Source: Candidatus Oxydemutatoraceae bacterium (GTDB taxonomy: Bacteria > Pseudomonadota > Gammaproteobacteria > Poriferisulfidales > Oxydemutatoraceae). Taken from it: a stretch of 64,000 bases of DNA. The notes beneath the pieces are model-generated. The model had not been told where the DNA came from. It ran no database searches and worked only from the letters and a program-made list of their open reading frames with translations. The translations under genes were made by a program, and so were the position numbers. The stretch covers positions 1,772,769-1,836,768 of the forward strand of contig OZ244779.1 in the NCBI GenBank assembly GCA_965219575.1, given 5' to 3'. Numbering within the stretch: the stretch's first letter is position 1; every line of letters starts with the position of its first letter. Of this stretch, positions 1 to 9,215 are shown piece after piece.

Positions 1-153
1 TTTGTCAATATCTATAGCTTGGTCTATGCCGTCGTTGTCATCGGGAAATGCTATTGAAGTGGTACATGACGGCAAGGTTGTTTGTGCGGATACGGCTGGT
101 AAGCACACGATTACAAATAGAATAAGGATAAGAAAAAACTCCCCCATTACCAT
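1..153 (-). CDS. 5' part of a secreted protein running off the window start; probable paralog of the GLUG/cadherin-like surface proteins
   Basis: Manual translation MVMGEFFLILILFVIVCLPAVSA|QTTLPSCTTSIAFPDDNDGIDQAIDIDK...: a signal-peptide-like hydrophobic stretch, then DIDK resembling the DVDRDDDGLIEI module start of the giant proteins. Not in the ORF track because its stop is outside the window. Start codon uncertain. Confidence 0.6.
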   Translation of the reverse strand, partial: MVMGEFFLILILFVIVCLPAVSAQTTLPSCTTSIAFPDDNDGIDQAIDIDK

Positions 154-283
154 TTTTGAAGGCTTAAACAATCTCAACAACTCAAGCACTGCGATAAAAA
201 TATTGATTGATAGTGCTGATATAATAAATCATATTAGAAAAAATTACTATTTGTTTTGTGATGGATGATCTAAGTAGTGATGC

Positions 284-533
284 GGCACTATCGAAAAAAA
301 TACTGTTCTGCAAAATTGCAACCGCTTGCGCCATTTGGTTTTGGTTTCCATAAATCAGATGAATGAATGTATAAATCGTCCATGCATAACGCGTTACGGG
401 CAGAATAGAGCCGCCGATTGAGCCAGTAGGTCAATCGGCAATTCCATTGTAGTCCGCCCCTACGGCGGTTTGCAAATGTTCATGGCGCACAGCGATTGGC
501 TTTGAGCAATGCCCGCACTTTTTCGACAGCCCC
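284..533. mobile_element. MITE/REPIN-like repeat, copy A
   Basis: Ends GGCACTATCGAAAAA / TTTTTCGACAGCCCC; shared core TTGGTTTTGGTTTCCATAAAT; REP hairpin 398-463 with nested palindrome 413-439; a further left end at 538-552. Confidence 0.75.
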
Positions 534-563
534 ATGTGGCACTATCGAAAAATAGGACCACCA

Positions 564-1541
564 CTAGGATAACTGGATTGCACGACGCACCGCCTGTTCC
601 AAGCTGCTCGATCGCGCATGTCCGCTACCTGCCAATTCCAAGGCGGTACCGTGGTCTACCGAGGTACGCACGAACGGTAGTCCCAAAGTAATGTTGACGA
701 CTTGCCCGAAACCTGCATACTTGACGACCGCAAGACCTTGGTCGTGATACATCGCAAGACTCACATCGCATTGCCGTAGTTGCTCGGGTGTAAATGCGGT
801 ATCGGCGGAGACCGGACCGAATGCCATGATTCCTTGTGCGGCACATTCGGCTATCGCAGGTGCAATTACTTCGATCTCTTCCGAACCCAAATAACCTTGT
901 TCTCCGGCGTGCGGGTTGAGACCGCATACCGCAATGCGAGGCGCATCCACCTTAAAGCGACGACGCATATCGTCGTGCAATATCCTAATTGTTTTTGTCA
1001 GTAAATCACGGGAGAGCTGCTTCGGCACTTCGCACAAAGGAATATGGGTAGTTGCCAGTGCAATGCGCAATGCTTCGGCTTCGAGCAACATCACGCTATC
1101 ACAATCGCAAGCCCGGGCAAGATATTCGGTATGACCTTGAAAAGGGATATTCGCTCGACAGATAGCCGCCTTATTGACGGGACCGGTGACCAGCGCATCG
1201 AAAGAACCACGCAAGCAACCTTGCACGGCTATATCCAACTGCGCCAGCACATAGGGGATATTACGCGTATCAATTCGCCCGGCAACGACCGGTGCCGACA
1301 ATGCGACATCAATGACCGGCAAAGTGCCGTCGCCGCGATGCGCTTGCGCGGTATCGTCGGTGTAGGTGTAAGTTTTGATAGGTTCGGCAATTTGTTTTGC
1401 GCGAGCCTCCAATAATTCTGCGTTACCGATTATTGCAAGCGCGGCATCTGCAATCGGTATGTGGGCAAGCGAAGCCAGTATGTCGGGACCGATGCCGGCA
1501 GGTTCGGCGGCTGTAATCGCAATGGTTTTGTGGGGTCTCAA
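564..1541 (-). CDS. pdxA: 4-hydroxythreonine-4-phosphate dehydrogenase
   Basis: EPAGIGPD, GHTEYLA, GLNPHAGE, MYHDQGL, RTSVDHGTA motifs; follows surA. Confidence 0.97.
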   Translation of the reverse strand: MRPHKTIAITAAEPAGIGPDILASLAHIPIADAALAIIGNAELLEARAKQIAEPIKTYTYTDDTAQAHRGDGTLPVIDVALSAPVVAGRIDTRNIPYVLAQLDIAVQGCLRGSFDALVTGPVNKAAICRANIPFQGHTEYLARACDCDSVMLLEAEALRIALATTHIPLCEVPKQLSRDLLTKTIRILHDDMRRRFKVDAPRIAVCGLNPHAGEQGYLGSEEIEVIAPAIAECAAQGIMAFGPVSADTAFTPEQLRQCDVSLAMYHDQGLAVVKYAGFGQVVNITLGLPFVRTSVDHGTALELAGSGHARSSSLEQAVRRAIQLS

Positions 1542-2824
1542 AGTCTGATGTCTATATGTCGGCTTTCTCGCAATCTAAGCAACCACTCGTTTATCTCGAT
1601 ACTCGACTTCTCTTGGCGTAGTTGCGCGATGATATTCCGCCTTTGTATTTGGTTGCTGACATCTTGCCGGCGTTCACCCAATACCTCCAATAGATGCTGT
1701 CCGAAGGCGGTTTCAAAAGGTCCGATGAGTTCACGAAGCGGCGCATTTTCCACTTGTTGAGCGAATTCGGCTGCCAAACCTTCGGTGGGAATCCATCCCA
1801 AATCGCCGCCTTTGAAGCCACTGCCGGGGTCTTGCGAGTATTTTTTTGCCATGCGTTCGAAGCTCTCGCCGTTTTCGATACGCTTTTTGATAGCAAGTAG
1901 TTTTTTGCGTATATACGAATCGGAGTACATCGCATCGGATCTCAACAAGATATGTCTGATACGATATTGCTTTTCGACGATCTGCGGTAATTGTTCCGCT
2001 TGCCTGTCGTCCAGACTAAATAGGTAAAGCGTACCGGAAGTTCTGATAACCGAGGTGATGTCGCCGATGTTCATGTCCAGTACTTTTTCTTGTAGCAGTT
2101 CGGGTAATTGGCTTAGACGTCTGGGCTGCGATCTTTTATAGTTCACCGATGTTCTCTTCGTCGCTTGCTCGGCGATATCGTGAAAATCGTTTTCATCCAG
2201 CATTTTTAGGCGCAGATTTTGGAACCATTGTATTAACTCTTCGCGTTCGCTTTCGTCATCCGGTAATTCCGCCGCCAAATAAGAAAAACGAAATAGCGTC
2301 TGCGCATTGATTTCTCTTAGCTTGGCTTCTATTTCACTCTCGGAGACCGCAATATTACCGACCACGCTTTGTCTGAGTTGAGAAATGATGAACTCTTGAC
2401 GCACCGATTCTCGCATCTCGCTATAGCTTCCTTGATTGCGTTCGATTTCCGCTTTCATCTCGGCAAGTGTCTTACCGTTATCGGCGGCGATTTTTGTGAG
2501 CAGTTCGTCGAGTGCTATTTCGTCTACCACAATGCCCAGGCGCTCGGCTTCTTGGAGTTGTAGCTTGACGACTATCAACTGCTCTAACACTCTGGGCACC
2601 AGGGTTTGGGCATCCGGAATTTCTTGTTCTTGGCGCATCATGTTCTCCCTGACACGATCCACCGTCATTGCCAGTTCGCGCGAGCTGATTGCAACATCTC
2701 CGACTACCGCGACGATTTTGTCTATTACTGTGGGTTGCGCTTGCGAAGATGCGGGAATGAGCGCGGCAAAGAACAAAACTGCGATTAGGATTTTGAGTAG
2801 CGGTGTGCGCAACATAGGGTGCAT
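1538..2824 (-). CDS. surA: Periplasmic chaperone/PPIase SurA
   Basis: Signal peptide, DKIVAVV N-domain, parvulin motifs RHILL and YSQDPGSGFKGGDLGW; lptD-surA-pdxA order. Likely start 2824 or 2815; the ORF-track extension to 2962 reads into repeat DNA. Confidence 0.93.
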   Translation of the reverse strand: MHPMLRTPLLKILIAVLFFAALIPASSQAQPTVIDKIVAVVGDVAISSRELAMTVDRVRENMMRQEQEIPDAQTLVPRVLEQLIVVKLQLQEAERLGIVVDEIALDELLTKIAADNGKTLAEMKAEIERNQGSYSEMRESVRQEFIISQLRQSVVGNIAVSESEIEAKLREINAQTLFRFSYLAAELPDDESEREELIQWFQNLRLKMLDENDFHDIAEQATKRTSVNYKRSQPRRLSQLPELLQEKVLDMNIGDITSVIRTSGTLYLFSLDDRQAEQLPQIVEKQYRIRHILLRSDAMYSDSYIRKKLLAIKKRIENGESFERMAKKYSQDPGSGFKGGDLGWIPTEGLAAEFAQQVENAPLRELIGPFETAFGQHLLEVLGERRQDVSNQIQRRNIIAQLRQEKSSIEINEWLLRLRESRHIDIRL

Positions 2825-2894
2825 AGCGGTTCGGTTTGTGCAGAGATTCGGTATTTGTAGGGGATGCCCTGCCTTAAATTGTGCAGACATATCG

Positions 2895-3493
2895 GTAACT
2901 GTTGAAAAAGTATTGTTTTTGCACAAACCCAACCGCCTACGCCACATGGTTTTGGTTTCCATAAATTGGATGGATGAATGTATAAATCGTGGCGGCGCAA
3001 CGCGTTTCGGGCGGACATGCTAGTCCGCCCCTACAGGCGGTTTGCATAATTGGATGGCGCAAGCGGTTGGATTTTTGCGCTGCCGATACTTTTTCAGTAG
3101 CCTCACATTTATTCATTGGGTTTATCGTAACCATCATGCTAGTCCACCCCTACAGGCGGTTTGCGTAATTGGATGGCGCAAGCGGTTGGATTTTTGCGCT
3201 GCCGATACTTTTTCAGTAGCCCCACATTTATTCATTGGGTTTATCGTAACCATCATGCTAGTCCGCCCCTACAGGCGGTTTGCGTAATTGGATGGCGCAA
3301 GCGGTTGGATTTTTGCGCTGCCGATACATTTTCAACAACCCCACATTTATTCATTGGGTTTATCGTAACCATCATGCTAGTCCGCCCCTACAGGCGGTTT
3401 GCGTAATTGGATGGCGCAAGCGGTTGGATTTTTGCGCTGCCGATACATTTTCAACAACCCCACATTTATTCATTGGCTCTATCGTAACCATCA
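2895..3493. repeat. MITE copy B whose right half is tandemly amplified (4 x 119 bp, 3016-3493)
   Basis: Left end ACTGTTGAAAAAGT at 2898; unit CATGCTAGTCC(G/A)CCCCTAC... starts at 3016, 3135, 3254 and 3373. Confidence 0.92.
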
Positions 3494-3502
3494 AACATAT
3501 CA

Positions 3503-5587
3503 TTATTTATAACCGAATACTTCATTGCCTAAAGTTCGTTGTAAATTATCACCTATACCGGCTAATCCTTCAAGGTTAAATTCAAAACCGAAGAAGTTTT
3601 CAAAATCGAGGCCACCGTCGGCTATACGCCCGCTATCGTTGTCTACATCTATCAATCGCCTTTGTAGGCTCATACTCAATGTCCAACAACAGCTACGATA
3701 TTCGATACCGGCAAAGGTCGATAAATTATCGTCGGCATCAAAATCGTAAGACCAACCTGCCAACATTGTCCAACGATTGCCGAGCGGTATGCCGAGGTTG
3801 ATGCCGCCTTGTTCAAAGCCGTGGTTCGATTCAAAAAGCAACTGCTCGTTGAAGGCATCGGCTTGCGAACGGTAATATAGATTTACGACACGGTTGCGGC
3901 TACCTTGAATAGATAGCCGAGATGTTAATTTCAAGGTTTGGTCTTGCTTGGAGTCCCAAACCCACGAGGATAAAAATTTTATTTTGTTATTGAGATCCAA
4001 CTGTAATTCACCGATTAACGGAGACTGCCGCCGTGCCGTGTCGGCATCCGTATTGAGCTGCACTTGACGATCTTTGAAGTAATAAATGCGACCTAAACTT
4101 GCCCGCAAAGCCTCTTTGCCGGTGCTGCGATGAAACAAACGACTATTCAAAGCCAAAGTGAGCTGGTCGGCATCGCCGATACGATCGACACCGTTAAAAC
4201 GATTCTCGTAAAATAGACTTTGATAATTGAATTCGTTTGCGGTGGTGTCGAACAACGGTATGTCGTCTTGCTCTCGTCTCGGCACATTTAAGTAAAACAA
4301 AGTCGGTTCTATCGTGTGTCTGAATAGGCTACCTTGTCGAGCGACCCTCTCGAATATCAAACCCGAGTGCATGCTAAAGATCGGTTGTGTACGGTTGATA
4401 TTGCTTTCACGATAGATCTTATAATGCGTATGATTGATGGTGGCAGCGGGAGTCAAGAAAAACCACGGGCGGCGATACGACCAATCCATCCTGAGACTGT
4501 TGTGGAAACGATTGCCCAAAGGAATATACTCGCGACTTCCGTCGGTTTCTTGTAAATAACGATACTTATGAACGAATTGCATCGCTTGAGATTGGAACTC
4601 GAAGTTGATGCCCAGAGGACCGCCGGAAAATATCCGCGATACTTTTAGCCCCGGTCTAATCTGATATTGATAGGGCTGCTGCAACCAATCGGCATCGTCG
4701 TCGGCGCGCTGCAATAATTCCGCTTGAAGATTAAAATTCCACCCGCGCCAGAATAAATCACTCTCTAAATAGCTACGCAAATAGGACTCGTTCAATAGAT
4801 CTACATTACCGCCTAAATCCTGCACATAGTCGGCATCCGAAACCCTCTGTATTTTAATATCCATACGAAACAAATCATCGACGCGGACGCGATGATCCCA
4901 AAAATAGAAGTAGCGTTCGTCGTTATATTCGGTATCGTCTATCCAAGAAAAACCGAAACCACCTTGCTCGCGCGTATACAGATAACGTGATTTCATATCA
5001 ATTCCCGCACCGCGCCGACTACGGAGCGTAGGCGTGATCTTTGCGTCTTTATTGGGTGCTATATTGAAATACACCGGAATACCCGTTTTGATGCTCGATT
5101 TGCTGTTATAAGTGAGCCGCGGCGACAACAGCCCACTTTTTCGTTTATTTTCCGATAGATCGATACGATAACGCGGCATGTATAGAAACGGAAACGACCC
5201 GAGGTGCAACCATGCGTCCTTGATGGTGCCGGTATTTTTATTTTGATCGAAGGTCAATTCATCGGCGGAAATAAACCACAGTGGTGTCGGTGTCATGCAG
5301 CTCGTATAAAGTACGTTACCCTCGGCTTTCAGCCGCTCGGAGTTGGTGTCGACCGCGACACGGTCGGCGCGGATCCTTTTTTGAGCTTGCTCGAGTTGTA
5401 CTTGACCTTGCAATACGGAGATTTGATTCGGGTCGGCTCTGAGGCTTTCCGCCGATATGCGAAGCTGCTCGGTATCGGTCGCAATCGGCGTCTTCATGAG
5501 CGGCGCACACTGCTCGGTTTCGGCATACGATAGCTGCGAAAATGACAGCACGGCCACCACGATCAAGCTCCCGAAACGATAAAACAC
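3503..5587 (-). CDS. lptD: LPS-assembly protein LptD
   Basis: Signal peptide, RKSGLL, PVYFNIAPNKDA, ENRFNGVDRIGDADQ, EYRSCCW motifs; upstream of surA. Confidence 0.95.
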   Translation of the reverse strand: MFYRFGSLIVVAVLSFSQLSYAETEQCAPLMKTPIATDTEQLRISAESLRADPNQISVLQGQVQLEQAQKRIRADRVAVDTNSERLKAEGNVLYTSCMTPTPLWFISADELTFDQNKNTGTIKDAWLHLGSFPFLYMPRYRIDLSENKRKSGLLSPRLTYNSKSSIKTGIPVYFNIAPNKDAKITPTLRSRRGAGIDMKSRYLYTREQGGFGFSWIDDTEYNDERYFYFWDHRVRVDDLFRMDIKIQRVSDADYVQDLGGNVDLLNESYLRSYLESDLFWRGWNFNLQAELLQRADDDADWLQQPYQYQIRPGLKVSRIFSGGPLGINFEFQSQAMQFVHKYRYLQETDGSREYIPLGNRFHNSLRMDWSYRRPWFFLTPAATINHTHYKIYRESNINRTQPIFSMHSGLIFERVARQGSLFRHTIEPTLFYLNVPRREQDDIPLFDTTANEFNYQSLFYENRFNGVDRIGDADQLTLALNSRLFHRSTGKEALRASLGRIYYFKDRQVQLNTDADTARRQSPLIGELQLDLNNKIKFLSSWVWDSKQDQTLKLTSRLSIQGSRNRVVNLYYRSQADAFNEQLLFESNHGFEQGGINLGIPLGNRWTMLAGWSYDFDADDNLSTFAGIEYRSCCWTLSMSLQRRLIDVDNDSGRIADGGLDFENFFGFEFNLEGLAGIGDNLQRTLGNEVFGYK

Positions 5588-5729
5588 CGAACCAACCCTC
5601 TATAATGTATTATGAAAATACGGTCGAACAGTGTAGAATCCTAATCGGATATAAATATGGAATAACATATAGCGTTTTCCTGAAATTTTTGGATAATAGA
5701 CATTTGAAACTTATTATAGTAATGGCAAA

Positions 5730-6938
5730 ATGAAAAAGACCCAAAAATTTATGATCCTTGCGGTGGTATGCGTGAGCGCAGTGCTTGCAGTTCTACTGAT
5801 ACAAACTCGTCCCCAAGCCATCGCCTCTAAAGACAACAATTTTCTAGCAACCGTAGAAATTGTCATAGCCGATCCACAGAGCGTCATACCCGTTTATACA
5901 CTCTCCGGACGATTGCAACCGATCAAAGTCAGCGAATTGGAATTTGAAGTCGAAGGACAGATTGTCGCCCGCCATGTAGAACCCGGAATGTATGTAAGAC
6001 AGGGGCAAGTACTGCTTGCCGTCGACGAAGGTGATTACTACGATGCCTATGTGCAGGCGCAAGCGCGTCGCGACAGCGTTGCCGCACAATTAGAATACGA
6101 CAAAGAACTGCTAAAACTTATGATGGAAAATGTTGCGATGCAACGACGCGAGGTGGCACGCGCCGAGAGTCTATCGACCAAACAGCATATCTCGCCGTCA
6201 TTGCTGGAGTCGGAGAAAAAACAGCTCGTAGACTTTCGCTCCGAACAGGTCAGATTGCAACACTCTATCAAGAGAGCCGAAATAGATCTGGTCTTAAACG
6301 ACAGTCTGCTAAGCCACGCACAACGCGATCTGCAACGCACCGGCCTGAAAGCACCCTTTAGCGGCACGGTTAACGAGGTCATGATCGAGGTGGGAGACTA
6401 TGTGAGTAGATCTAGAAAAGTGGTTCGGCTGGTCGATTTATCGCAATACGATCTGGTTCTCAATGTGAGCAATACCCGAGTAAGTGCCTTGGAATTGAAT
6501 AGCACGGTGCCGGTGACCGTAGGCAACAAGTACTACGAAGGCACGCTCGTCGCTTTGCAAGAAAATCCCGATCCGGAGACCAATACCCATAAAGTAAAAA
6601 TTAGATTGAACGGCAACGATTTGCAAGCCGGTACGACTGCGCAAGCTACCCTCGAAGGACAACGCTACGATAATGCCATCAGCGTGCCGGTTACCGCAAT
6701 CCAATATATAGACGGACAACCCTTTTTGTTCGTCGTCAACGAAGACAACATCGTAGAGAATAGAGCGGTCGTGCTGGGTCTGCGCGTGGCCGATACGATC
6801 ATCGTCGAGAGCGGAATTGACAGCGGTGAGCGAGTGGTCGCCCGAGACATCGAAAAATTAAATAGCAACCAAAAGGTGGAACTGTCGCCCGCTTCGGTAG
6901 ATCGATCGACATCACCTCGTGCCGACTCACCCAGCTAG
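5730..6938 (+). CDS. RND efflux periplasmic adaptor (membrane fusion protein)
   Basis: N-terminal TM anchor, lipoyl halves (EVEGQIV..V.PG..V..GQVL; LKAPFSGTV), central coiled coil, VPVTAI. Confidence 0.88.
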   Translation: MKKTQKFMILAVVCVSAVLAVLLIQTRPQAIASKDNNFLATVEIVIADPQSVIPVYTLSGRLQPIKVSELEFEVEGQIVARHVEPGMYVRQGQVLLAVDEGDYYDAYVQAQARRDSVAAQLEYDKELLKLMMENVAMQRREVARAESLSTKQHISPSLLESEKKQLVDFRSEQVRLQHSIKRAEIDLVLNDSLLSHAQRDLQRTGLKAPFSGTVNEVMIEVGDYVSRSRKVVRLVDLSQYDLVLNVSNTRVSALELNSTVPVTVGNKYYEGTLVALQENPDPETNTHKVKIRLNGNDLQAGTTAQATLEGQRYDNAISVPVTAIQYIDGQPFLFVVNEDNIVENRAVVLGLRVADTIIVESGIDSGERVVARDIEKLNSNQKVELSPASVDRSTSPRADSPS

Positions 6939-7963
6939 CCGCCGATATACGACATCCCTACCTTGGGAAGAGCAACCGTCTGCGCACTGCGTATCTCCGA
7001 ATAACGATCGTCGCGCCGTGTCCACAGATCGGTAATATAGCTTTTGAGCTCGTCATCGGTGTAACCCGAGTCCAGCCGGTGATGCAAATCGTGACCGCGG
7101 GTGGCAAATAGACAAGTATAAAGTTTTCCTTCGGCAGACAACCTGATGCGTGTGCAGCTGCGACAAAAGGGTTTGGAGACCGATGCAATAAAACCAATCT
7201 CGCCTCGACCATCGCAATAACGCCAGCGTTCGGCAACCTCACCGCTATAGTTGGCAGCGACCGCCGCTATGGGAAATTTCTCGTTGATTCGCTTTATCAG
7301 TTCGGCCGTAGGCACCACCCGATTCAGTTTCCATCGGTTGCCGCCGCCCACATCCATATACTCGATAAAACGAAGGATATAATTGCGCCCTCTAAAGCGG
7401 TGCGCCATAGCTAAAACTTGATCTTCGTTGCGCCCCTTTACCACCACCATATTAATTTTAATGGTCTCGAAGCCGACACCGCTTGCCTGGTCTATATGTT
7501 CCAGGATTTTATCGACCGGAAAATCCACATCGTTCATTTTCATAAAGATATCGTTGTCGAGTGCGTCCAAACTCACGGTGAGGCGATTCAGTCCGGCTTC
7601 TTTCAATCGTCGCGCTTTATCGGCGGTCAATAAGGATGCGTTGGTAGTCAAGCCGATATCTTCGATTCCTTTTGTTTGTGCGATCATTTCGATCAACACC
7701 TCTATATTCTGCCGTGCCAGTGGTTCACCACCGGTGAGGCGTATTTTAACAACCCCGAGCTCGGCAAATAGACGAACTACGCGAACCAGCTCCTCGAAAG
7801 ATAGCAATTCGTCGCGCCGCATGAATTGATAATGCGACCCGTAAATTTCCTTAGGCATACAGTAAGTACAGCGAAAATTACAGCGGTCGGTCACCGATAT
7901 TCTAAGGTCGCGTATCGGTCTGTTTAATTTATCTTTCAAAAATGTTGCCCGGTTTATAGCCAT
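6935..7963 (-). CDS. moaA: GTP 3',8-cyclase (molybdenum cofactor biosynthesis)
   Basis: LRISVTDRCNFRCTYCMP radical-SAM motif, FCRSCTRIRLSAEG, C-terminal MSYIGG. Confidence 0.97.
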   Translation of the reverse strand: MAINRATFLKDKLNRPIRDLRISVTDRCNFRCTYCMPKEIYGSHYQFMRRDELLSFEELVRVVRLFAELGVVKIRLTGGEPLARQNIEVLIEMIAQTKGIEDIGLTTNASLLTADKARRLKEAGLNRLTVSLDALDNDIFMKMNDVDFPVDKILEHIDQASGVGFETIKINMVVVKGRNEDQVLAMAHRFRGRNYILRFIEYMDVGGGNRWKLNRVVPTAELIKRINEKFPIAAVAANYSGEVAERWRYCDGRGEIGFIASVSKPFCRSCTRIRLSAEGKLYTCLFATRGHDLHHRLDSGYTDDELKSYITDLWTRRDDRYSEIRSAQTVALPKVGMSYIGG

Positions 7964-7987
7964 AAATCACCATCGTATAACTCTATA

Positions 7988-8866
7988 CTAAACGAATCTA
8001 GCATACACTTTGCCGTCTCCGCCTATGCCCAAAAAATCACCCGATTCATTGTACAGCCTAAAACATCCTCCCGACGGCAATATCCGAGCATCGTAGCGAC
8101 CGTGCTTAAAGTATCTTGCCGATTCTTCGCTCATTATATAGGCTTCGAAGTCCGAATAAACTCTAGCCGGATCGATTAAATATTCGGATTTCGGGTCGGG
8201 GTTGCGTTCTAGGCAATCGAGCGAGACGGCGGACGCAATATCAAACGCACCGATTGCAGTACGTTTAAGCCGGTGAGTATAGGCGATGGTATCGAGTGCA
8301 GCCGCTATATCCTCTACCAAAGTGCGTATATAAGTGCCTTTGGAACATTCCACCTTAAAACTAAAACCCTTGTCGTCGACATCGCCGAGCGTCAAAGAAT
8401 AAATGTACACCTTGCGCTTGCTTCTGATAACCGAGATATTCGCACGAGCTAATTTATAGAGACGTTGGCCTCGGTGTTTGAGTGCCGAATACATCGGCGG
8501 GATTTGCTCTATCTCGCCGATAAAATCGGAAAATATGTCGTTTAAGACTCTCGCCTCGGGCACCACAAAGTCCCGACGCTCTATAATCTCACCTTCGCAA
8601 TCACCGGTTGTAGTACGCAAACCCAGTCGTGCTCGAACTTCATAGCGTTTGTGCCGATTGCTTAGATCGGTTAATGCACGGGTCGCTTTGCCCAATGCGA
8701 CAATTAGCAAACCTTCGGCAAAAGGATCCAAAGTGCCGGCATGACCGGCCTTCTTAACACGCAATCTTCGTTTGACTTGCTCAACCGCCCGACAAGAACT
8801 GATTGCAGTGGGTTTGTAGAGCAATAATAAACTATTGTCTATCGAGCGGGTGGAATAATCCGACAT
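7988..8866 (-). CDS. truB: tRNA pseudouridine(55) synthase
   Basis: KAGHAGTLDPFAEG, QIPPMYSALK, CSKGTYIRTL; follows rbfA; alternative start 8884. Confidence 0.96.
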   Translation of the reverse strand: MSDYSTRSIDNSLLLLYKPTAISSCRAVEQVKRRLRVKKAGHAGTLDPFAEGLLIVALGKATRALTDLSNRHKRYEVRARLGLRTTTGDCEGEIIERRDFVVPEARVLNDIFSDFIGEIEQIPPMYSALKHRGQRLYKLARANISVIRSKRKVYIYSLTLGDVDDKGFSFKVECSKGTYIRTLVEDIAAALDTIAYTHRLKRTAIGAFDIASAVSLDCLERNPDPKSEYLIDPARVYSDFEAYIMSEESARYFKHGRYDARILPSGGCFRLYNESGDFLGIGGDGKVYARFV

Positions 8867-8870
8867 GCCG

Positions 8871-9215
8871 TTATTCGGGTACATTCCCGAGTATGTCGTC
8901 TATACGTTTTCCTTGTTCGTACGAGTTGTCTATCTTAAAACTCAGCTTAGGCATAAACTTTAGTTCCAGACTCGACGATAAATTGCTTCTGATGAATCCG
9001 GCTGCGCCGCTAACGGCTTTTAGTATTTGTCGCCCGTCTTCCGGTTCGGGTACCGAGATATAAACTTTTGCATGAGAGCAACCTTTACTCACTTCTACAT
9101 CGGTTACGACGAGTCGATGCAATCGCGGGTCGTTGATTTTATTGCGCAACACCATAGTGATTTCCCGCTTGAGCAAACCCGCAACCCGCAAGGGACGGTG
9201 TAAAACGGTGGCCAT
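8871..9215 (-). CDS. rbfA: 30S ribosome-binding factor A
   Basis: DPRL, AKVY, GFIRS, PKLSFKIDNSYEQG; between infB and truB. Confidence 0.95.
   Translation of the reverse strand: MATVLHRPLRVAGLLKREITMVLRNKINDPRLHRLVVTDVEVSKGCSHAKVYISVPEPEDGRQILKAVSGAAGFIRSNLSSSLELKFMPKLSFKIDNSYEQGKRIDDILGNVPE

Noticed and set aside
2-268. 88-aa plus-strand ORF
   Set aside because: Antisense shadow of the more convincing minus-strand secreted-protein start
2825-2962. N-terminal extension of SurA in the ORF track
   Set aside because: Runs into MITE sequence; the signal peptide begins at 2824/2815
3016-3493. Possible CRISPR array, and repeated 81-99 aa ORFs
   Set aside because: Units are near-identical end to end with no unique spacers and no cas genes; the ORFs are translations of the repeat
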